Assembly: GCA_963793305.1 (NCBI GenBank) | Contig: CAWBZV010000005.1 | Span: 992,001 to 1,056,000, forward strand | Origin: an uncultured Gemmatimonadales bacterium | GTDB taxonomy: Bacteria > Gemmatimonadota > Gemmatimonadetes > Gemmatimonadales > Gemmatimonadaceae | Direction of reading: 5' to 3' | DNA length: 64,000 bases | Shown: positions 1 to 13,838 of the stretch, piece by piece | Position numbering within the stretch: the stretch's first letter is position 1 | Layout: each line of letters opens with the position of its first letter | Made by a program: the position numbers and the translations under genes | Notes under the pieces: generated by a model | Told to the model about the DNA's origin: nothing | Databases searched by the model: none | What the model saw: the letters and a program-made list of their open reading frames with translations, nothing else

Positions 1-473
1 TCGCCGAGCTGATCACCGCGTGTCGGCGGGCCACGAAACGCCCCCTATTCGTCAAACTCTCGCCCACGTTGCCGGCGATAGCTGATACGGCACGTGTCGC
101 GGTAGATGCCGGAGCAGACGGGATCACCGTGGTCAATACGATTCCGGGCCTGATCATAGACGTAGAGAGCCGGAAAGCCGCGCTGGGTTTTGGGACGGGC
201 GGCGTCAGTGGCCCGGCCATTCTGCCGATCGGCGTCCTCGCTACGTATCGCGTCGCCAAGGCCGTGTCAGTACCGATTATCGGGGTCGGAGGCGTAGCCA
301 GACCCGACGATGTCGTGCAGTATTTGTTGGCCGGCGCGAGCCTCGTCGCGGTCGGTACCGCGGCTCTCAAAGATCCGCGCGTGCCGGAGCGCCTGGTTCG
401 CGGGCTCGCGAAATGGTGCGAGCGTCACTCAATCGAATCACTCGCGGAGATCGTGGGGAGCGTGCGGCTGTGA
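1..473 (+). CDS. pyrD: Dihydroorotate dehydrogenase (class 1B catalytic subunit), 5'-truncated by window edge
   Basis: Frame open from base 3 (…LFVKLSP…); motifs ADGITVVNT, GGVSGPAI, PIIGVGGV, GASLVAVGTA; adjacent to pyrF. Confidence 0.92.
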   Translation, partial: AELITACRRATKRPLFVKLSPTLPAIADTARVAVDAGADGITVVNTIPGLIIDVESRKAALGFGTGGVSGPAILPIGVLATYRVAKAVSVPIIGVGGVARPDDVVQYLLAGASLVAVGTAALKDPRVPERLVRGLAKWCERHSIESLAEIVGSVRL

Positions 474-1168
474 AAACAATCCCGATAGTCGCGCTCGATG
501 TGCCGAGCCAGGAAGCCGCGTCGATCATCGTTTCGGCGATCGGCGATCAGTGCCGGTTCTACAAGGTGGGCGCCGAGCTCTCCACGTCGGCCGGCCCCGG
601 CGTGGTGCGCTTTCTCCGCGATCATGGGAACGAGGTCTTCCTGGACCTCAAGTGGCACGACATCCCGAACACGATCAAGGGCGCCGCCCGGAGCGCGTCT
701 CGGCTCGGCGCACGGCTCGTCACGGTCCACGCCACCGGCGGGATGGCGATGATGCGCGCCGCCGTGGAGGGCGCCCGCCAGGGTGGCTCCGAGACCAAGG
801 TGTTGGCGGTGACGGTCCTGACCTCGTTCGACGCCGACCGCCTGACCCAGGCCTGGGGCCGCCCGAACATCGTCGTCGCCGACGAGGTCCTCCGCCTAGC
901 CGGCCAGGCGCTCGAGGCCGGCGTTCAGGGGATCGTCTGCGGCGGCGCCGAGGCCGCGGCCGTCAGAAAGCGCTACGGGGACGCTCTCGAGATCCTCGTA
1001 CCGGGCGTCCGCCTGGACGGTGCCGCCTCCAACGACCAGGTCCGGATCGCCACCCCACAGGAAGCCGCCGCCGCCGGTGCGAACTACATCGTGGTCGGCC
1101 GGACCGTCACGGCCTCCCCGGCACCCCGCGATGCCATGCGTCGCGTTATCGAGGCCGTTACTAATTGA
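470..1168 (+). CDS. pyrF: Orotidine-5'-phosphate decarboxylase
   Basis: IVALD, VFLDLKWHDIPNT (DxKxxDIPNT), PGVR, VVGR; GTG start overlaps pyrD stop (GTGA). Confidence 0.96.
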   Translation: MKTIPIVALDVPSQEAASIIVSAIGDQCRFYKVGAELSTSAGPGVVRFLRDHGNEVFLDLKWHDIPNTIKGAARSASRLGARLVTVHATGGMAMMRAAVEGARQGGSETKVLAVTVLTSFDADRLTQAWGRPNIVVADEVLRLAGQALEAGVQGIVCGGAEAAAVRKRYGDALEILVPGVRLDGAASNDQVRIATPQEAAAAGANYIVVGRTVTASPAPRDAMRRVIEAVTN

Positions 1169-1193
1169 CCTAAAGGGTTGTGGCGAGTAAGAT
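1165..1193 (+). promoter_or_regulatory. Sigma70-type promoter of the alpha operon
   Basis: TTGACC (1165-1170), 17 bp, TAAGAT (1188-1193); SD GGGAG before rpmJ. Confidence 0.7.
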
Positions 1194-1229
1194 TAAAAGC
1201 TCGGCCAGAACCTATTAGGGAGATATACC

Positions 1230-1346
1230 GTGAAAGTTCGTAGCAGCGTCAAGCCGATCTGCGAGCACTGCAAAGTGATCAAGCGGAACGGCGTGATGCG
1301 AATCATCTGCAAGCGCAACCCAAAACACAAGCAGCGGCAAGGATAA
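1230..1346 (+). CDS. rpmJ: 50S ribosomal protein L36 (Zn-ribbon type); not in ORF track
   Basis: Manual translation [38 protein letters not shown]; upstream of rpsM. Confidence 0.97.
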   Translation: MKVRSSVKPICEHCKVIKRNGVMRIICKRNPKHKQRQG

Positions 1347-1349
1347 CTC

Positions 1350-1727
1350 ATGGCGCGCATTGCCGGCATCGATCTCCCTCGCGAGAAGAAGGTTGAGATC
1401 GGGCTGACGTACATCTACGGGATCGGTCGCGCCAACGCGCGCAAGATCATGGAATCGACCGGGGTCAATGCTGCGCTCCGCATCAAGGAGCTCTCGGACG
1501 CCGACGTGAACCGTCTCCGCCAGGCGATCGAGCGCGACTTTCGCGTCGAAGGCGCGCTCCGGACCGAGATCGCGATGAACATCAAGCGCTTGATGGACAT
1601 CGGCTCGTATCGCGGCATCCGCCATCGCAAGGGACTCCCGGTCCGCGGTCAGCGGACGCACACCAACGCGCGCACGAAGAAGGGTCCGCGCCGCGCCATC
1701 GCCGGCAAGAAGAAGGTGACCAAGTAA
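1350..1727 (+). CDS. rpsM: 30S ribosomal protein S13
   Basis: [10 protein letters not shown]…[18 protein letters not shown]. Confidence 0.98.
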   Translation: MARIAGIDLPREKKVEIGLTYIYGIGRANARKIMESTGVNAALRIKELSDADVNRLRQAIERDFRVEGALRTEIAMNIKRLMDIGSYRGIRHRKGLPVRGQRTHTNARTKKGPRRAIAGKKKVTK

Positions 1728-1728
1728 C

Positions 1729-2106
<378 letters not shown>

Positions 2107-2109
2107 CCG

Positions 2110-2742
2110 GTGCGGTATCTGGGACCCAGCTGTCGGCAGTGCCGGCGCGAAGGCACGAAGCTCTTCCTGAAAGGGACGAAGTGCTTTACCGAGAAATGCC
2201 CCGTCGAGCGGCGGCCGTATGCCCCTGGCCAGCACGGCCAGAGCACAGCGCGGCGCCGGAAGTCGTCGGAGTACGCGAAGCAGCTCCGTGAGAAGCAGAA
2301 GATCAAGCGCATCTACGGCGTCAGCGAGCGCCAGTTCCGCAACACGTTCCAGCGCGTCGTCTCGCTGCCTGGCATCACCGGGCATGAGCTGCTTGCTTCG
2401 CTCGAGAGCCGGCTGGACAACATGGTCTACCGGATGGGTTTCGCGTCCAGCCGCAAGGCTGCGCGTCAGCTGATCCGTCACCGTCACGTCGAGGTGAACC
2501 AGAAGACCGTCGACATCCCGAGCTATCTGGTCAGGCCCGGTCAAGAAGTACGCGTGCGCCCGAAGTCGCGTGAGCAGGTGTCGATCCTCACCGCGATGGA
2601 CCAGTCGTCGCGCGGTGCGCCGCTCTCCTGGCTCGCGGTCGACCGCGAGTCGTTCAGCGGGCGTATGCTCGAGCGTCCCGCTCGGGCGAACATTCCGATC
2701 AACGCGCAAGAGCAGCTCGTCGTCGAACTGTATTCGAAGTAG
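2110..2742 (+). CDS. rpsD: 30S ribosomal protein S4
   Basis: CRQCRREG…PGQHG, LESRLDNMVYRMG, VVELYSK. Confidence 0.98.
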   Translation: MRYLGPSCRQCRREGTKLFLKGTKCFTEKCPVERRPYAPGQHGQSTARRRKSSEYAKQLREKQKIKRIYGVSERQFRNTFQRVVSLPGITGHELLASLESRLDNMVYRMGFASSRKAARQLIRHRHVEVNQKTVDIPSYLVRPGQEVRVRPKSREQVSILTAMDQSSRGAPLSWLAVDRESFSGRMLERPARANIPINAQEQLVVELYSK

Positions 2743-2841
2743 CGCGGTCGGGACCCTAACTCCCGTACGAGCCTACCGCGCGTTAGGGGCGGGGTAGGGC
2801 GTTGCCGGGGCGATTCGCCCGGTATGACCACTGAGAGGTGA

Positions 2842-3918
2842 ATGAAGACAATGGCACAAACGATTGATCTCCGCGGGTTGGTCCGCCCGCAGCTCGTCGA
2901 GGCGACGAAGCGCGAGGACAACCCGAATGTCTCCGAGTTCCGGCTCCAGCCACTGGAGCGTGGATTCGGCCATACGCTTGGCAACGCGATGCGTCGGCTC
3001 CTGCTGTCGTCCCTCCGTGGGTCGGCGGTCTGGGCGTTCCGCGTCGATGGCGTCGTGCACGAGCACCAGACGATTCCGGGAGTGGTGGAAGATGTCCACC
3101 AGATCATCGGCAATCTCAAGACGTTGACGCTCGTTCTGGACGAAGGCCTCGAGGACGCCACGCTGCGCATCCAGCGCTCGGGCGCCGGTGTGGTCACCGC
3201 CGCCGACATCAACGTCGGCTCGGGCGTCCGCATCATCGACCCCTCGCACCATCTCTTCACGCTGCAGGACGATCGCGACATCACGATGGACCTGTACGTC
3301 AAACAGGGCCGCGGGTATACCGAGGCGGACCAGCACACGCTGGAGCGCGGGATGCCGATCGATGTCGTCCGTATCGACGCGATCTACAATCCCGTCCGCC
3401 GCGTGAACTTCTCGGTGGCCGAGACTCGTGTCGGCCAGCGCACCGACTTCGATCGTCTGACGCTGACGGTCGAGACCAACGGCACGATCAGTCCCGAGGA
3501 AGCCGTCAGCTACGCCGCGGCGCTCGCGCAGACGCACTTCCAGTATTTCGTCGGATTCGGCTCGCACACGTCGGCGCCTGTCGGTACCGGCGCTGACCTG
3601 GGCGGCGGCGACAGCGTTCGCCTGCAGGAATTGCAAACGCCGATCGACGATCTCGAGCTCTCCGTTCGCTCGGTGAACTCGCTCAAGAACTCGAATATTC
3701 GTTCACTCGGCGACCTGGTTCGCCAGACCGAGAGTCAGATTCTGCAGGTGAAGAATTTCGGCAAGAAGTCGCTGCAGGAGATCGCCGATCTGCTCGAGAG
3801 AAAGGGTTTGAATTTTGGGATGCGTTACGAGGAGACGCCGGAAGGTGTGCGGATCACCGATTGGGGAACGCCGCCGAGCCGCGCTGCCGCGAACGCGCCG
3901 GATGACGACGAGGAGTAA
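2842..3918 (+). CDS. rpoA: RNA polymerase alpha subunit (alternative ATG at 2851)
   Basis: PLERGFGHTLGNAMRRLLLSS, RVGQRTDFDRL, alpha-CTD LSVRS…NFGKKSL. Confidence 0.98.
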   Translation: MKTMAQTIDLRGLVRPQLVEATKREDNPNVSEFRLQPLERGFGHTLGNAMRRLLLSSLRGSAVWAFRVDGVVHEHQTIPGVVEDVHQIIGNLKTLTLVLDEGLEDATLRIQRSGAGVVTAADINVGSGVRIIDPSHHLFTLQDDRDITMDLYVKQGRGYTEADQHTLERGMPIDVVRIDAIYNPVRRVNFSVAETRVGQRTDFDRLTLTVETNGTISPEEAVSYAAALAQTHFQYFVGFGSHTSAPVGTGADLGGGDSVRLQELQTPIDDLELSVRSVNSLKNSNIRSLGDLVRQTESQILQVKNFGKKSLQEIADLLERKGLNFGMRYEETPEGVRITDWGTPPSRAAANAPDDDEE

Positions 3919-3923
3919 GACCC

Positions 3924-4370
3924 GTGCGACATAGAAAAGCTGGGCGCCAACTCCGGCGCACGAGCGAGCAGCGTCTCGCCTTGCTTCGCAACCTCGCGAT
4001 CTCGCTGATCGAGAAGGGCGCGATCGAGACGACCGAGGCCAAGGCCAAGGAGCTGCGGCCGTTCGTCGAGAAGCTGATCACCAAGGGCAAAGCCGGCACG
4101 CTGCACGCGCGCCGGCTCGCCGCCCGGCACGTGCACAAGCGCGCCGCGGCAGACATGCTGTTCAAGGAAGTCGCGCCGAAATTCGCGACCCGCCAGGGCG
4201 GATATACCCGGATCTTGAAGACCGGCTTCCGCAAAGGCGATGGCGCCGAGATGGCCCGGATCGAGCTGATCGGGTTCAGCCAGGAGCCGGCGAAGCCGCG
4301 CTCGGTCCAACCGACCAGTCGAGCAGCGCGAAGCGCTGCATCGACGAGCCGCGGAGCGGCTCCGTCATGA
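3924..4370 (+). CDS. rplQ: 50S ribosomal protein L17
   Basis: MRHRKAGRQLRR, TTEAKAKELR, GGYTRILK…RKGDGA. Confidence 0.97.
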   Translation: MRHRKAGRQLRRTSEQRLALLRNLAISLIEKGAIETTEAKAKELRPFVEKLITKGKAGTLHARRLAARHVHKRAAADMLFKEVAPKFATRQGGYTRILKTGFRKGDGAEMARIELIGFSQEPAKPRSVQPTSRAARSAASTSRGAAPS

Positions 4371-4594
4371 CGCCGATCGCGCGCAATCGGTGCTACGCCT
4401 GCGGCCGCGGCGTGGCGTTCGGCAACAACGTCTCGCACGCGAACAACAAGACGCGTCGCGTGTGGAAGCCGAACCTTCAGGTGGCTCGGATTGTCCTCGA
4501 CGGGACAATTACGAAGGTGAAAGTGTGCACGCGATGCCTGCACGCGGGTAAGATCGAGCGCGCCCCTCGCGGGGGCGGCGTCCCCACCGCGTAA
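4367..4594 (+). CDS. rpmB: 50S ribosomal protein L28 (Cys-containing)
   Basis: CYACG…GNNVSHANNKTRRVWKPNLQ…CTRC. Confidence 0.95.
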   Translation: MTPIARNRCYACGRGVAFGNNVSHANNKTRRVWKPNLQVARIVLDGTITKVKVCTRCLHAGKIERAPRGGGVPTA

Positions 4595-6529
<1,935 letters not shown>

Positions 6530-6546
<17 letters not shown>

Positions 6547-9500
6547 CCTCAATCGCATCCTGCTGCTGGGCTCCGGGCCGATCATCATCGGTCAAGCGGC
6601 GGAATTCGATTACTCGGGGACGCAAGCGGCTCGTGCCCTCAAAGAAGAGGGCTACTCGGTCATCCTGGTGAACTCGAATCCGGCGACGATCATGACCGAC
6701 CCGGAGTTCGCCGACCGGACGTACATCGAGCCGGTGACGCCCGAGTTCGTCGAGCTGGTGATCGCCGAGGAGCGTCCGGACGCGCTGCTGCCGACCATGG
6801 GCGGGCAGACCGCGCTCAACGTCGCGATGGCGCTGCACGAGAATGGCGTCCTCGCCAAGTACGGCGTAGAGCTCATCGGCGCCAACGCGCGGGCGATCGC
6901 GATGGCCGAGGACCGCGCGCAGTTCGCGCAGGCGATGCGCCGGATCGGACTCAATGTCCCGTCGGGCTCCACGGTCACGACTTGGGACCAGGCCGACGCG
7001 TTGGCCGACACCATCGGCTTCCCGGCGATCATCCGCCCGTCATTCACACTCGGCGGCACGGGCGGCGGTATCGCCTACAACCGCGCCGAATACGAGTCCA
7101 TTGTGCGTCGCGGCCTGGAGCTGTCCCCTACGTCCCAAGTGCTGATCGAACGCTCGGTTCTCGGCTGGAAGGAGTTCGAGCTGGAGGTCATGCGCGACGG
7201 CGCCGACAACGTCGTCATTGTCTGCTCGATCGAAAACTTCGATCCGATGGGCGTCCACACCGGCGACTCGATCACCGTTGCGCCGGCGATGACGCTCACG
7301 GATCGCGAGTACCAGACGATGCGCGACGCCGCGATCCGCGTGATCCGCGAGATCGATGTCCAGGCGGGGGGCTGCAACATCCAGTTCGCGGTCAACCCGC
7401 GCGATGGCACGATGCTGGTGATCGAGATGAACCCGCGGGTCTCCCGATCCTCGGCGCTCGCGTCCAAGGCGACGGGCTTCCCGATCGCCCGGATCGGCGC
7501 GAAGCTCGCCGTCGGGTATCGCCTGGACGAAATTCGCAACGACATCACGAAGACGACTCCGGCATCGTTTGAGCCGGTGCTCGACTACGTCGTGGTGAAA
7601 GCCCCGCGCTTCGCCTTCGAAAAATTCGCGACCGCCGATCCCCGTCTCACGACCCAGATGAAATCGGTCGGCGAGTCGATGGCGATCGGCCGCACGTTCA
7701 AAGAGGCTTTTCAAAAAGCCCTTCGTGCGCTCGAAGCGGGCCGGCAAGGTTGGACCATCGGTGCCACTCCGGCCGACGATCGCCTCACGGACGATAGCCC
7801 GGAATCTCTCCGCTCGGCGCTCCGCCAACCAACGCCGGAGCGGGTCTACCAGCTCAAGCGCGCCATGCAAGCGGGGATTTCGCTCGCCGATCTGAACGAC
7901 ATGACGTCGATCGATCCGTGGTTCTTGTCGGAGATGCAGCAGCTGGTCGAAGCCGAACGCCGCTACGCGGCGCTGAAGTCGGTGGACCGCGACGATATTG
8001 GCACGATGAAGCGTCTGGGCTTCTCGGATGCGCAATTGGCGGCCCTTCGCGGAGAGCCCGAGCAGACTGTCCGGGAACGTCGTCATGCACTCGGGATTCG
8101 CCCGGCGTACAAGATGGTCGACACCTGCGCCGGCGAGTTTCCGTCGTCGACGCCGTACCTATACAGCTGCTACGACGAAGAAAGCGAGGCGCCGCGAAGC
8201 GGGCGCCAGTCAATCATTATCCTGGGCAGTGGCCCCAACAGAATCGGCCAGGGCGTAGAGTTCGACTATTGCTGCGTGCAAGCAGCCCTGGCGCTGAGAG
8301 GCCGTTTCGAGACGATCATGATCAACTCGAACCCGGAAACGGTTTCGACAGACTATGACATCTCGGACAAGCTGTACTTCGAGCCCCTGACGCTCGAAGA
8401 TGTCTTAGAGATCATCGACCGCGAACAACCGCTCGGCGTCATCGTCCAACTCGGCGGCCAAACGCCGCTCAAGCTCACGCGCGGCCTCGAAGCCGCGGGC
8501 GTCAATATCCTCGGGACGTCACCAGACGCCATCGACATTGCCGAAGACCGCCGCCGCTTCGAGCAGATCGCCCGCGAGCTGGGCCTCACACAGGCGCCGA
8601 ACGGCACCGCCACGAGCGTCGACGACGCCGCGGCCATCGCCGGCGAGCTCGGCTACCCGGTCATCCTGCGCCCGTCATATGTGCTCGGCGGCCGCGCGAT
8701 GGAAGTGGTCTACGACGAGCCGTCGCTCCGCGAGTACTTCACGCGCGCGATACAAGTCTCCGAAGCGCGACCGGTTCTCATCGACCATTTTCTCGAAGAC
8801 GCGTTCGAAGCGGACGTGGATGCCATTTCGGACGGCACGCGCGTCGTGATCGGCGGTGTCATGCAGCACATCGAGGACGCCGGCATTCACTCCGGCGACT
8901 CGGCCTGCGTCCTCCCGCCGTATCTCATCGGCGACCGCGACGCCGATCGCATGCGCGAGCAAACGGTCGCGCTGGCGAAGGCACTCGGCGTTGTCGGCCT
9001 GATCAACGTCCAGTTCGCGATCAAAGACGGCACCGTCTACGTCCTCGAGGTCAACCCGCGCGCGAGCCGCACGATCCCCTTCGTGTCAAAGGCCGTCGGG
9101 GTGCCACTCGCCGCCGTCGCGGCACGGGTCATGGCCGGCGAAACACTCGAGGCGATCGGCTACACGCGCGAGGTGATCCCGCCGTACATCGCCGTCAAAG
9201 AGGCCGTATTCCCGTTCAACAAATTCCGGGAATTCGACCCGATCCTCGGCCCCGAGATGCGCTCGACCGGCGAGGTCATGGGCATCTCCGATTCGTTCGG
9301 CAGTGCCTTCGCCAAGGCGCAGATGGCGGCCGACAACAGCCTGCCGACCCGCGGCGCGATTTTCATCACCGTCAACGACAGCGACAAGCCGACGGTCCTA
9401 CCGATCGCCCGCCGGTTTCACGAGCTCGGTTTCAAGCTCTTCGCGACAGAAGGAACTGCCAAATACCTGCGCGGTCGCGGTGTGCCAGCCGAGCGAGTGT

Positions 9501-9775
9501 TCAAAGTCCACGAGGGACGCCCGCACGGGATGGACCTGATCGTGAACGGCCAGGTCCAATTGCTGATCAACACGCCGCTCGGCAAGCACGCATTCCGCGA
9601 CGACTACTCGCTGCGTCAACAGGCCATCGCCCACGGCGTCCCGTACACGACGACCCTCTCGGCCGCGAGCGCCGCCTGCGATGCCGTCCTCGCGCTCCGC
9701 TCGCGTCCACCGGCGGTTCGCTGCCTCCAAGACTGGCACGTGCTCGTCCAAGTCGCGCAAGAAGTGCTCTTATGA
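6530..9775 (+). CDS. carB: Carbamoyl-phosphate synthase large subunit
   Basis: [17 protein letters not shown], two ATP-grasp halves ([19 protein letters not shown]), C-terminal MGS domain; 1081 aa. Confidence 0.98.
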
Positions 9776-10326
9776 CGCCCTTCGTTCACGAGTCGGCCTA
9801 TGTCGATGAGGGCGCAACGGTAGGTGCTGACACGAAGATCTGGCATTTCTGCCACGTGATGCCGGGCGCCGTCATTGGCTGTCGCTCGAGCCTTGGCCAG
9901 AATGTTGTCGTGATGGGCGGGACAAAGATCGGCGACAATGTGAAAATCCAAAACAATGTCTCGATCTACGAAGGCGTCGAGCTCGAAGACGATGTGTTCT
10001 GCGGGCCCTCAATGGTCTTCACCAACGTCATCAACCCCCGCAGTCACGTCTCGCGCAAGCACGAGTATCGACGCACCCTCGTCCGCCGCGGCGCGACGAT
10101 CGGCGCGAATGCCACGATCGTGTGTGGCGTGACGCTCGGCGAGTACGCGTTTATCGGTGCCGGCGCAGTCGTCACCCATGACGTCGAACCGTTTGCGCTG
10201 GTACTGGGCGTCCCAGGCCGTCGGGTCGGCTGGATGTGCCGTTGTGGCGAACGTTTAGAGGGATTGTCCTGTGCCATTTGTGGCACTGAGTACGTCCCTG
10301 ACGCGGAGGGAATCAAGATCAAATGA
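9772..10326 (+). CDS. Hexapeptide-repeat N-acetyltransferase, WbpD/WlbB-like
   Basis: [32 protein letters not shown]-terminal Cys cluster. Confidence 0.88.
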   Translation: MTPFVHESAYVDEGATVGADTKIWHFCHVMPGAVIGCRSSLGQNVVVMGGTKIGDNVKIQNNVSIYEGVELEDDVFCGPSMVFTNVINPRSHVSRKHEYRRTLVRRGATIGANATIVCGVTLGEYAFIGAGAVVTHDVEPFALVLGVPGRRVGWMCRCGERLEGLSCAICGTEYVPDAEGIKIK

Positions 10327-11390
10327 CCCGTGTCAGCGGTGAAACACAGACTCAGCGCGTCTTTCGCATCGCCCTCGTCGGCGCCGGCCGCATCGCGCGC
10401 AATCACTTCGAGGCGATCGCCAAGGTCGACGGTCTGGAATTGACGGCCGTCGCCGACATCGACCCCGAGCGCGCCCGCGAAGCCGGCGAATCGCAAGGCG
10501 TGCCGTGGTTCCGCTCGTACGAGGAGATGCTGGCGCAAGCGCCGAGCGATATCGTTGCCGTCGCCACGCCGTCGGGCCTCCACCCGCGCCACGGCATCCT
10601 CGCCGCGCACGCCGGCAAACACGTCGTCTGCGAGAAGCCGATGGCCATCACGCTCTCAGCCGCCGACGAGCTCGTGCAAGCCTGCGACGACGCCGGCGTC
10701 CAACTCTTCGTCGTCAAGCAGAATCGCCTCAACGCGACCATCCAGCTCGTCAAGCGCGCGATCGACAAGCAGCGGTTTGGCCGCATCTACATGGCGAACT
10801 GCACCGTGCGCTGGTCGCGGCCGCAGGAGTACTACGACTCAGCGCCCTGGCGTGGCACCTGGGAGTTCGACGGCGGCGCGTTCATGAACCAAGCCTCGCA
10901 CTACGTCGATCTGATCCAGTGGCTCGTCGGCCCGGTCGAGAGTGTCACCGCGAAGACCGCCACGCTCGCCCGGCGCATCGAAACCGAAGACTCCGGGATA
11001 GCGATCCTCAAGTTCCGGAACGGCGCGCTCGGTACGATCGAGGTCACGATGCTGACATACCCGAGGAACCTCGAGGGCTCGATCACGATTCTCGGCGAGA
11101 AGGGCACCGTGAAAGTCGGCGGGACCGCCGTCAACAAGATCGAGCATTGGGCGTTCTCCGAGTACGACGACGACGACAAACTCGTCGACATCGCGGGCAC
11201 GAACCCGCCGACGGTATACGGCTACGGGCACGAGGGCTACTACCGGAACGTCCTTCGCGTGCTCCGCGGCGAGGCGAAAGCGGACACCGACGGCCGCGCC
11301 GGCCGGAAATCGCTCGAGCTCATACTCGGGATCTATGAGTCGGCCAAGACGGGGCGGGAGATCCCCCTCCCGTTGCGCGCGAAGATCTAG
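10323..11390 (+). CDS. Gfo/Idh/MocA oxidoreductase, WbpB/WlbA-like UDP-GlcNAcA 3-dehydrogenase
   Basis: [39 protein letters not shown]. Confidence 0.88.
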   Translation: MTRVSGETQTQRVFRIALVGAGRIARNHFEAIAKVDGLELTAVADIDPERAREAGESQGVPWFRSYEEMLAQAPSDIVAVATPSGLHPRHGILAAHAGKHVVCEKPMAITLSAADELVQACDDAGVQLFVVKQNRLNATIQLVKRAIDKQRFGRIYMANCTVRWSRPQEYYDSAPWRGTWEFDGGAFMNQASHYVDLIQWLVGPVESVTAKTATLARRIETEDSGIAILKFRNGALGTIEVTMLTYPRNLEGSITILGEKGTVKVGGTAVNKIEHWAFSEYDDDDKLVDIAGTNPPTVYGYGHEGYYRNVLRVLRGEAKADTDGRAGRKSLELILGIYESAKTGREIPLPLRAKI

Positions 11391-11405
11391 CAGGTTTCGA
11401 GATCT

Positions 11406-12521
11406 ATGGCTGTGCCTCTCCTCGACCTACGCGCCCAACACGCGACCATCCGCGACGAGGTCGTGTCGGCCATGATGAAGGTGGTCGAGGATCAGACGTT
11501 CATCCTCGGCGCCGCCGTCGGCAAGCTGGAATGCGAAGTCGCGGGTCTGTCCCGCACCCGCTTCGCGATCGGCTGCGCCAACGGCACCGACGCCTTGTTG
11601 ATCGCGATGCGCGCCTTGGACATCGGCCGCGGCGACGAAGTGATCACGACCCCGTTCACGTTCTTCGCCACGGCCGGGACGATCCACAACGTCGGCGCCA
11701 CGCCGGTGTTCGTGGACATCGACCCGGTGACGTTCAACATCGACCCCGAGGCCGTTGCCGCGGCGATCACGCCGCGCACGAAGGCCATCATCCCGGTCGA
11801 CCTGTTCGGCCAGATGGCGGCGCTCGAGCGCATCGCGTTGGTGGCTCGCGGCCTGCCGGTGATCGAGGACGCCGCCCAGACGATAGGCGCCCGTCGCGCG
11901 ATCGACGGCGAATGGCGGATGGCCGGCGAGATCCCCACGATCGGCACCTTCTCGTTCTTCCCGTCGAAGAACCTGGGCGCGTGGGGCGATGGCGGGATGA
12001 TGGTCACACAGGACGAGCGCCTCGCGCAGCGGATGATGCGACTCCGCACGCACGGCGGGCTCAAGACGTACTTCCACGAGGAAGTCGGCTACAACTCCCG
12101 CCTCGACGCGTTGCAAGCCGCGGTGCTCTCGGCCAAGCTCCCGCACCTCGCCCAGTGGAGTCAGCGCCGGCGTGAGAACGCCGCGCACTATTCCGCCGCT
12201 CTGGCCGCCGTCCCCCAGGTCGTGACTCCAACAGTCCTGCCCGAGAACGAATCGATTTTCAATCAATACACGATTCGCCTCGGCAATGGCCGTCGGGACG
12301 CTTTGCAGCAACATCTCAAGGCAAAAGGGATCGGCACCGCGATCTACTATCCGTTGCCCCTGCACCTGCAGCCGTGTTTCGCCTATCTCGGCTACAAAGA
12401 AGGCCAACTCCCGGAGGCCGAGCGGGCCTCACGCGAGGTGCTGTCGCTCCCCGTGTACCCTGAGCTCACGCGCGCCCAGCTCGATGAGGTGGTCGCCGCC
12501 GTCCGGGAGTTTTTCGCATGA
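11406..12521 (+). CDS. DegT/DnrJ/EryC1/StrS aminotransferase, WbpE/WlbC-like
   Basis: ANGTDAL, IEDAAQ, SFFPSKNLG (PLP Lys), GYNSRLD. Confidence 0.9.
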   Translation: MAVPLLDLRAQHATIRDEVVSAMMKVVEDQTFILGAAVGKLECEVAGLSRTRFAIGCANGTDALLIAMRALDIGRGDEVITTPFTFFATAGTIHNVGATPVFVDIDPVTFNIDPEAVAAAITPRTKAIIPVDLFGQMAALERIALVARGLPVIEDAAQTIGARRAIDGEWRMAGEIPTIGTFSFFPSKNLGAWGDGGMMVTQDERLAQRMMRLRTHGGLKTYFHEEVGYNSRLDALQAAVLSAKLPHLAQWSQRRRENAAHYSAALAAVPQVVTPTVLPENESIFNQYTIRLGNGRRDALQQHLKAKGIGTAIYYPLPLHLQPCFAYLGYKEGQLPEAERASREVLSLPVYPELTRAQLDEVVAAVREFFA

Positions 12522-13838
12522 AAGATCAACTGCTGGCCAGGATCAACGACCGCACGGCCGTCGTCGGCGTGGTCGGTCTTGGCTATGTCGGCTTGCCCCT
12601 CGCCGTCGAGTTCGCGAAGGCGGGATTCCACGTCGTCGGTTTTGATATCAGCACGCGCGTCGTCGCGGCGCTGTCGGCCGGCAAGTCGCACATTCAGGAC
12701 GTCCCATCCGCCGAAGTCGCCGCGCTCGTGACCTCGGGCAAGTTCGAGGCGACCGCTGATCCCGCGCGCCTCGCCCTGTGCGACGCCGTGTCGATCGCCG
12801 TCCCGACGCCGCTCGTCAAGACGCGCGATCCTGACATGTCGTATGTCGACAAAGCGACGGACACGATCGCCGAGCAATGCCACCCGGGCATGCTCGTCAT
12901 TCTCGAAAGCACGACCTACCCAGGCACCACGCGCGAACTCGTCCTACCGAAATTCGAAGCGAAAGGTATGACGGCCGGCAAAGATGTATTTCTCGCATTC
13001 AGCCCTGAGCGCGTAGACCCGGGCAACGAGAAATACAACACAAAGAACACCCCAAAAGTCGTCGGTGGTTTGACGCCGGCCTGCATGGACGTCGCCTACG
13101 CTCTCTACGCGACGTGCGTGGATCGCGTCGTAAAAGTATCGAGCCCAGAAGTGGCCGAGCTGGTCAAGTTGCTCGAAAACACGTTCCGCTCAGTCAACAT
13201 CGCGTTGGTGAACGAGACGGCTATCGTGTGCGACCGTCTCGGCGTCAATGTCTGGGAAGTGATCGATGCGGCGGCGACGAAGCCGTTTGGTTTCATGAAG
13301 TTCACGCCGGGCCCTGGCATCGGCGGCCACTGCATTCCGCTCGACCCGCATTATCTCGCGTGGAAGATGCGGACGCTCAACTACAAGACGCGCTTTATCG
13401 ACCTGGCGAGTGAGATCAATAGCCGAGATGCCGGATTACGTTGTCGAAAAAGTAGCGCACGCATTGAATGATGCTCGCAAAGCGGTGAATGGCAGCCGCA
13501 TACTAGTCATTGGCGTCGCGTACAAGAAGAACATCGACGACATTCGTGAGAGCCCGGCACTCGACGTTATTCGCTTGCTCGAAGGCCGCGGCGCGACCGT
13601 CGCCTACCACGACCCGTACATTCCGCGCTTCCGCGAGGAAGGGCATGAGCGGGTCGGCGTTTCCTTGACGGCAGCGGAGCTGAAGCGGTCCGACGCCGTT
13701 GTCATCGTCACCGACCACAGCTCGATCGATTATCAGCTCATTGTCGACCACGCGGACGTGGTCGTTGATACGAGGAACGCTACCGCCGGCGTCCGCAATC
13801 CGTCGGCGCGTATCGTTTCTCTGTCGACCGCGGCCTGA
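12518..13838 (+). CDS. Nucleotide-sugar (UDP-GlcNAc) 6-dehydrogenase, WbpA-like; +1 frameshift at ~13423
   Basis: GLGYVGLP, ESTTYPGTT, PGPGIGGHCIP; removing one C of AGCCGAG joins the frame to MPDYVV…AYKKNIDDIRESP. Confidence 0.88.
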
